Assembly (NCBI GenBank): GCA_965249725.1
Contig: CBDFMQ010000002.1
Coordinates: 1,280,001 to 1,344,000, forward strand
DNA from: Longimicrobiales bacterium
GTDB lineage: Bacteria; Gemmatimonadota; Gemmatimonadetes; Longimicrobiales; Gaopeijiaceae
Reading direction: 5' to 3'
DNA length: 64,000 bases
The position numbers and the translations under genes are program-made. Every line of letters starts with the position of its first letter. Position 1 is the stretch's first letter. Under the pieces are notes generated by a model. The model was not told where the DNA came from. It saw only the letters and a program-made list of their open reading frames with translations, and ran no database searches. This document shows, piece after piece, positions 58,821 through 64,000 of the stretch.

Positions 58821-59069
58821 CTAGTGGGCTTCCCCCGTACCCTCGTCTACCACGACCCGCACCGCAGCCTTCTCCTGAGTGGCACTGCCGGCGCTCAGTT
58901 CGAGGACGGTCTCGCAGTGTCCGCAATTCACCCGTCGGGCCGTGCCTAGATCCAGGGAAGTACCATCGCTGTGCCCGCACACCGGACACGCATATGAAAA
59001 CCACTGTTCGGAAGTGTCAGGCTTGCCGCCCTGTCGGTCCGGTGACCCGGGCAGAGATGCGGAGCCCAT
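58821..59069 (-). CDS. Small Zn-ribbon protein (CPxCG...CxxC)
   Basis: ATG 2 nt after the gap stop, preceded by GAGGGA; CPVCG and CGHC. Confidence 0.6.
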   Translation of the reverse strand: MGSASLPGSPDRQGGKPDTSEQWFSYACPVCGHSDGTSLDLGTARRVNCGHCETVLELSAGSATQEKAAVRVVVDEGTGEAH

Positions 59070-59071
59070 CG

Positions 59072-60100
59072 TTATCCCTCTACCGAAGCCGGAAGGCGCT
59101 CCCCCACATACCGCACGAGGTCCACCACCCTCTCCGAGTAGCCCCACTCGTTGTCGTACCAGGAAAGGACCTTGACCATACGTCCCTCGATGACGCTGGT
59201 GCTGAGTCCATCCACGATGGAGCTGTGAGGATTGCCAGTGAAGTCGATCGAAACCAACGGCTCGTCACTGACGGCCAGAATGCCGGCCAACGGCCCGTCG
59301 GCAGCGGCACGAAACGCCTGGTTGATGTCCTCGGCCGTCGCATCCGTGCCGAGTGTGGCCACGAGGTCGACGATCGACACGTCGGGGGTCGGCACCCGTA
59401 TGGCCATCCCGTCGATCTTGCCTTCCACCTCGGGGATCACCAGAGAGGTCGCCTTGGCGGCTCCCGTCGTCGTGGGAATCATCGATAGAGCCGCGGCCCG
59501 CGCCCGCCGCTTGTCCGAGTGGGGCACATCGAGAAGAGCCTGATCGTTAGTGTAGGCGTGGATCGTCGTCATCAGGCCCCGTTCGAAGCCGAACGAATCC
59601 ATGAGGACCTTAACCACCGGGGCCAGACAATTCGTCGTACAACTCGCGTTCGAGATGACGTCGTGGTTCTCGGGATCGTAGGCCTCATGGTTCACACCGA
59701 GCACCACCGTGATGTCCTCGTTCTTGCCCGGTGCGCTGATGATGACCTTCTTGGCGCCGGCCTCCAGATGCTTCGCCGCCTGATCGCGGCTCCGGAAGAA
59801 GCCCGTGGATTCCACGACGATGTCGATGCCGAGTTCACGCCAAGGGAGGTTCGCCGGATCGCGCTGCGAAAAGACCTTGAGGTCATCGCCGTCGACCGTA
59901 AGTCCATCGGGGCTGACGGCGACATCGCCCGGGTAGGCACCGTGGACCGAATCGTACTTGAGGAGGTGGGCAAGCATGTCGTTGTCCGTGAGATCATTCA
60001 CGGCAACGAATTCGATGTCCGAGGCTCCCGACTTCTTCGCCGACCGGAGGACGTTGCGACCGATTCGACCAAATCCATTGATGGCTACGCGGATGGACAT
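59072..60100 (-). CDS. gap: Glyceraldehyde-3-phosphate dehydrogenase type I
   Basis: [26 protein letters not shown]. Confidence 0.97.
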   Translation of the reverse strand: MSIRVAINGFGRIGRNVLRSAKKSGASDIEFVAVNDLTDNDMLAHLLKYDSVHGAYPGDVAVSPDGLTVDGDDLKVFSQRDPANLPWRELGIDIVVESTGFFRSRDQAAKHLEAGAKKVIISAPGKNEDITVVLGVNHEAYDPENHDVISNASCTTNCLAPVVKVLMDSFGFERGLMTTIHAYTNDQALLDVPHSDKRRARAAALSMIPTTTGAAKATSLVIPEVEGKIDGMAIRVPTPDVSIVDLVATLGTDATAEDINQAFRAAADGPLAGILAVSDEPLVSIDFTGNPHSSIVDGLSTSVIEGRMVKVLSWYDNEWGYSERVVDLVRYVGERLPASVEG

Positions 60101-60130
60101 CCACTCGCCTCCCATTGATATCTGTTTGTG

Positions 60131-60871
60131 TTAAACAAAAGGACAGGCCCGGGCAAAGGTCGACAGAAAGACCTCGGTGGCGCCTGCCTGAACGAGCGCC
60201 CGGGCAGCCGCCTCCGCAGTGGCGCCGGTGGTCAGAACGTCATCCACGAGCAACACTCGAACGCCGGACAGCCCCGCTACGGCTTCCTCCCTTGCTACAA
60301 AGGCGTTCCTGACGTTAGCCCGGCGCTGAGCCGGGTGCAACCCGACCTGGGTGGGGCCTCCGCGACGACGTTCGAGGGCCTCGCGAACGGGTTGGTCGAC
60401 CCCGTCAGACACCGTCCGGGCGAGTAACTCAGCCTGGTTGTAGCCTCTCGATCGGAGGCGCCGTTTGGTGGTGGGGACCGGTACGATCACGTAGGGGCCG
60501 ACGGTGAGGTCGGGAGGTATGGCGGTACGGACCATGCGGCGCCCCATGAGTTCCGCCAGACCGGTCCATCCACCGTACTTGAGCCCGTGGACCAACTCGT
60601 CCGCGGGCGGTCGAAGTACCACCGCCGAACGGGCGCCCATCAACTCGGCCCCCCAGTCTGCACACTCGAAGCACCTCGGGCCAGGCTCCGAACCCGACCC
60701 TATGGCGAATCCGCAGCGATGGCACCGCGGCCAGGCGGGCTCTTTGAGCCGGGTGCGGCAGCCGGCGCACACCAGCGAGGCGCCGCCCAGAGAGAGGTGA
60801 TCACCGCATCCCAGGCACGCGGCCGGCAAGAAGAAGTCCAACAGCTCACGGGCTAGGCTACCGTCGATCAT
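60131..60871 (-). CDS. comF: ComF-family protein (Zn ribbon + PRTase domain)
   Basis: Four CxxC pairs, RGYNQA, LVDDVLTTGAT. Confidence 0.92.
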   Translation of the reverse strand: MIDGSLARELLDFFLPAACLGCGDHLSLGGASLVCAGCRTRLKEPAWPRCHRCGFAIGSGSEPGPRCFECADWGAELMGARSAVVLRPPADELVHGLKYGGWTGLAELMGRRMVRTAIPPDLTVGPYVIVPVPTTKRRLRSRGYNQAELLARTVSDGVDQPVREALERRRGGPTQVGLHPAQRRANVRNAFVAREEAVAGLSGVRVLLVDDVLTTGATAEAAARALVQAGATEVFLSTFARACPFV

Positions 60872-60902
60872 CCCGAGATCCAGGCCCGCCGGGAAGCTTG
60901 AC

Positions 60903-61754
60903 TCACTCCGGCGTGCGACGCGTCCGGGCTGCCGCCAGTGCGCTTCTCATGGCGTCGACGGGACCGGGGTCGCCCCACCATTTCTCGAAGGCCACGGCTC
61001 CCTGCTGCACGAGCATCTCTCCGCCATCCACTGCCCGGATCCCCAAGCGTTCGGCCGACTCGACGAACGGGGTGGTGGCCGGGCCATAGACCAGGTCCAT
61101 GACCGCACCGGCCCTCGCCAGGCGACCCAGGTCTACCGGGAGCTTGTCCCGTGGAGAGAGGCCGAGTCGCGTCGCGTTCACCACCAGATCGAAGACGCCG
61201 TCGTCAACGGCCTGACGAGCCTCGGCTACGCGCACACGTTCTCCACCGATACGGCGAGCGACGGCCCGGGCACGCTCGGTGGAGCGATTCAGAAGGAGTA
61301 CGTCCTCGACCCCGTCGTCGAGAAGCGCGACGAGGGTGGCGCGCGCCGCACCTCCCGCCCCTAGAACCAGCACCCGGAATCCCTCCGGCGGTCTCTCGAG
61401 AAAGTGCCTCAGCGCTCGTCGAAAACCCTCGACGTCCGTGTTGTCGCCACAGACCCGTCCGTTCTCACCCCAGAACGTGTTGCATGCCCCGGTGCGCCTT
61501 ACCGCCTCGGACTGTTCATCTAGGAACGAGGCCGCTTTCTCCTTGTGTGGGAGGGTGATGTTCCCCCCCGCCCCCGCGCGCCCCAGACCGTGCATGAAAC
61601 CCACGAGGTCCGACGCGTCGCACCGGAGGGCGACATAGACACCATCCACGCCGGCCTCACGAAACGCCGCATTCTGGATCACCGGAGACAGCGAGTGATC
61701 CACCGGATCGCCCAGGAGTGCCAGTACTCGCGTGCTCGAGGTGAGCGATGTCAT
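60903..61754 (-). CDS. aroE: Shikimate dehydrogenase
   Basis: HSLSP, NITLPHK, ACNT, NTD, GAGGAA, DLVY. Confidence 0.93.
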   Translation of the reverse strand: MTSLTSSTRVLALLGDPVDHSLSPVIQNAAFREAGVDGVYVALRCDASDLVGFMHGLGRAGAGGNITLPHKEKAASFLDEQSEAVRRTGACNTFWGENGRVCGDNTDVEGFRRALRHFLERPPEGFRVLVLGAGGAARATLVALLDDGVEDVLLLNRSTERARAVARRIGGERVRVAEARQAVDDGVFDLVVNATRLGLSPRDKLPVDLGRLARAGAVMDLVYGPATTPFVESAERLGIRAVDGGEMLVQQGAVAFEKWWGDPGPVDAMRSALAAARTRRTPE

Positions 61755-62254
61755 GAGTCGTTTCCCTGATTCGTGTCAGAGTCCTGATCGAGCCTCGCCA
61801 CGGCCGCCTCCACAAGCTCTTCCAGGACGCGGAAGCTGTCCCGATAGATATCGATATCGCCCGCGAAGGGATCGGGCACCCCCCACCCTTCTTCACCCTC
61901 CCGACCTTCGGCAAAGGCCGACAGCATCGCGGCCTTACCCGCGCCTCCGTGTTCCTCGACCGCCGCAAGATGATGGGCGCCCATCGTGAGCACGAGGTCA
62001 GCCCATTCGACCAACTCCTCGCTCAAGGTACTACTCTGATGCCCCGCCAGGTCGAGCCCCTGTTCCGCGGCGGCCCGGATCGCCCCTTCGCTCGCGGGAG
62101 AGCCTGAGAAGGCAGAGACACCTGCCGATCGAGTCTCGGCCGTGTCCCACCCTCTCCGCTCGAGTGTGCGCTCGGCAATGGCACCCGCCATCGGACTCCG
62201 ACACGTGTTGCCCGTACACACGAACAGGAGACGGAGGCGCGGCCGGTCACCCAT
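61751..62254 (-). CDS. Low-molecular-weight protein Arg/Tyr phosphatase
   Basis: FVCTGNTCRSPMA, VPDPF. Confidence 0.92.
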   Translation of the reverse strand: MGDRPRLRLLFVCTGNTCRSPMAGAIAERTLERRGWDTAETRSAGVSAFSGSPASEGAIRAAAEQGLDLAGHQSSTLSEELVEWADLVLTMGAHHLAAVEEHGGAGKAAMLSAFAEGREGEEGWGVPDPFAGDIDIYRDSFRVLEELVEAAVARLDQDSDTNQGNDS

Positions 62255-62915
62255 CGGGTGCCAATTCGATCTCGGGGAGGACGCATCGCACCCGACCGAC
62301 CGGCACGGTCCCCTGGCGCACGACCACGGGCGACCCCGCCGCACAGTCGATGATCGTGGACGGGGCAGATGCAGGGCGTGCTCCCCCGTCGAGCACCAAG
62401 AGCTCCTCTCCTAGTCCCAGGGACTGCCCCACCTCAACGGCGTGCTGAGCGTCGAGCGCCGGCGGTTCGCCCGGTGCGTTGGCACTGGTCGAGATCAAGG
62501 GGCCATCCAACCCCTCGACCAGAGCCTTGACCAACGGATGGGGGCTCACGCGGACCGCCACGGCCCCCGAGGCTCCACGGACTCCCGGTGGAAACCGGCC
62601 CTCCGGATCCGAGAGGATCAACGTGACGGACCCGGGCCAGAAGATCTCCGCCAACTGAGCGGCCTCATCGGTCCAGACCAGATCGTCTACCGTCTCCCGT
62701 CTCGGTATCAGCATGAGCATCGGCTTCTCGGATGTCCGGGCCTTGAGGGCCGAGAGCCTCTCCACCACATCGCGACTCGGGATGCCTCCCAACCCATATA
62801 CGGTCTCGGTCGGATAGGCCAGCAGACCGCCTCCACGCAGGTGGGCGAGGATGGGCGCAACGTCCAGATCGTCCCCGGGGATCGATCGAACGTCCAGTAG
62901 GCGTGGCCCGCTCAT
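62247..62915 (-). CDS. tsaC: L-threonylcarbamoyladenylate synthase (TsaC/Sua5)
   Basis: YPTETVYGL, K.R...KP, STSAN, PSTIID. Confidence 0.93.
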   Translation of the reverse strand: MSGPRLLDVRSIPGDDLDVAPILAHLRGGGLLAYPTETVYGLGGIPSRDVVERLSALKARTSEKPMLMLIPRRETVDDLVWTDEAAQLAEIFWPGSVTLILSDPEGRFPPGVRGASGAVAVRVSPHPLVKALVEGLDGPLISTSANAPGEPPALDAQHAVEVGQSLGLGEELLVLDGGARPASAPSTIIDCAAGSPVVVRQGTVPVGRVRCVLPEIELAPDG

Positions 62916-63634
62916 GGTCCACCGCGAGCCAGAACCGACTCCGCCAAGGCCAGATCTTCTGGGCGAGTGATCTTCAAGTTCGTAGGCGATGATTCCACCA
63001 TCACGACCTCGCCACCGCACCGCTCGACCAAGGCCGCATCATCGGTGGCCACCCACTCCTCCGCTATCGCGCACTCGTAGGCCTCTAGGATTTGAGCCCT
63101 CGGAAAGGCTTGGGGCGTCTGCGCATGCCATAGGGTCGAGCGCTCGGGGGTCTCCTTTATGGCTCCGGCCTCATCGACTCGCTTCATCGTGTCCACGGCC
63201 GGGCAGCCCGCCACGGCCGCAACGCCCGCCGCAGCCGAGTCGATACACCGGGCGATCACGTCGGGTGAGACCAGGGGCCGAGCCCCGTCGTGCACGACGA
63301 CGACGTCGAGGTCCGAAGGCAACGCCTGAAGCGCGGCCCAAACGGAATCACGGCGGGTGTCTCCACCCTCGACGATCCGGAGGCGGTCGTCCTGATCGAC
63401 CAACCACGACGGAGCCGGCTCCACCTGGTCGGCCGGGAGCGCAACCACCACGGCCCGGACGCCTGAATGCGAGAGGAACGGTCGAACGGCTCGAAGGAGG
63501 ACGGGCTCACCTGCCAGGCTCAGGAACTGCTTGCGCTCCCCACCCATGCGCCGGGACATCCCGGCGGCGGGCAGCACCACGCCGACGCGGGGACCAGCGA
63601 CCGCCTCTACGCGATCAGTCGTGGGTCCGCTCAC
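62912..63634 (-). CDS. ispD: 2-C-methyl-D-erythritol 4-phosphate cytidylyltransferase
   Basis: PAAG.SRRMG, VHDGARP, AQTPQ, TDD, NLKIT.PEDL. Confidence 0.95.
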   Translation of the reverse strand: MSGPTTDRVEAVAGPRVGVVLPAAGMSRRMGGERKQFLSLAGEPVLLRAVRPFLSHSGVRAVVVALPADQVEPAPSWLVDQDDRLRIVEGGDTRRDSVWAALQALPSDLDVVVVHDGARPLVSPDVIARCIDSAAAGVAAVAGCPAVDTMKRVDEAGAIKETPERSTLWHAQTPQAFPRAQILEAYECAIAEEWVATDDAALVERCGGEVVMVESSPTNLKITRPEDLALAESVLARGGP

Positions 63635-64000
63635 GGACCGTCGTACCCACCTGCCCCCGGGGCACCCTCGCCCCGCTGCTCGCTGGTCACGGAGTCGAAG
63701 CGCGTGTAGGCCTTATGGAAGTAGAGATTCACCAATCCGGTGGGACCGTTGCGCTGCTTCGCAACAATCAGCTCCGTCTTGCCCTCGATCGAGTTTCCGT
63801 CACTGTCCACGGGGCCAAAGTAGTATTCGGGTCGGTACAGAAACATAACTAGATCGGCATCCTGCTCGATGGATCCGGAGTCCCGCAGATCGGAGAGCTG
63901 GGGCCGTCGATCGTTCCGCTGTTCCGGGGCACGGCTGAGCTGGCTGAGCGCGATGACCGGCACGTCGAGCTCACGCGCGAGCGCCTTGAGCCCGCGCGAG
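63631..64000 (-). CDS. dnaB: Replicative DNA helicase, C-terminal part
   Basis: [29 protein letters not shown]; runs off the window end. Confidence 0.95.
   Translation of the reverse strand, partial: SRGLKALARELDVPVIALSQLSRAPEQRNDRRPQLSDLRDSGSIEQDADLVMFLYRPEYYFGPVDSDGNSIEGKTELIVAKQRNGPTGLVNLYFHKAYTRFDSVTSEQRGEGAPGAGGYDGP

Overview
A GC-rich bacterial chromosome segment. Gene content and protein style suggest Gemmatimonadota (inference). Most genes lie on the minus strand. The right half is housekeeping: dnaB (partial), ispD, tsaC, a low-MW phosphatase, aroE, comF, gap, pgk, tpiA, secG, a 2-oxoacid dehydrogenase E1a/E1b/E2 set with lipB, rnhA, carA, an HU/IHF protein, an ECF sigma/anti-sigma/Spy-like trio, moaDEA, mdh and sdhCAB. 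The left half is accessory. It holds a TetR-TolC-MFP-RND efflux operon, a translationally coupled operon for a Tat-less molybdopterin oxidoreductase (4Fe-4S/NrfD fusion, TorD, SulP, HAD, DinB), and many exported hydrolases. I saw no tRNA, rRNA, CRISPR array, transposase or integrase. Main observations: (1) a ~350-nt, apparently non-coding and highly structured minus-strand transcription unit between rnhA and lipB, with its own sigma70-like promoter and intrinsic terminator, which matches no RNA class I recognise; (2) an AhpD/CMD-family gene split by an in-frame UGA in a CxxU motif with a downstream SECIS-like hairpin, probably a selenoprotein; (3) an ECF sigma factor paired with an anti-sigma/TonB_C/TPR/degenerate-GWxTD fusion, lying inside the gap-pgk cluster; (4) several short tandem duplications that span stop codons, and a recurrent 25-bp AT-rich dyad. 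All calls come from reading the sequence by eye; no searches or folding programs were run.
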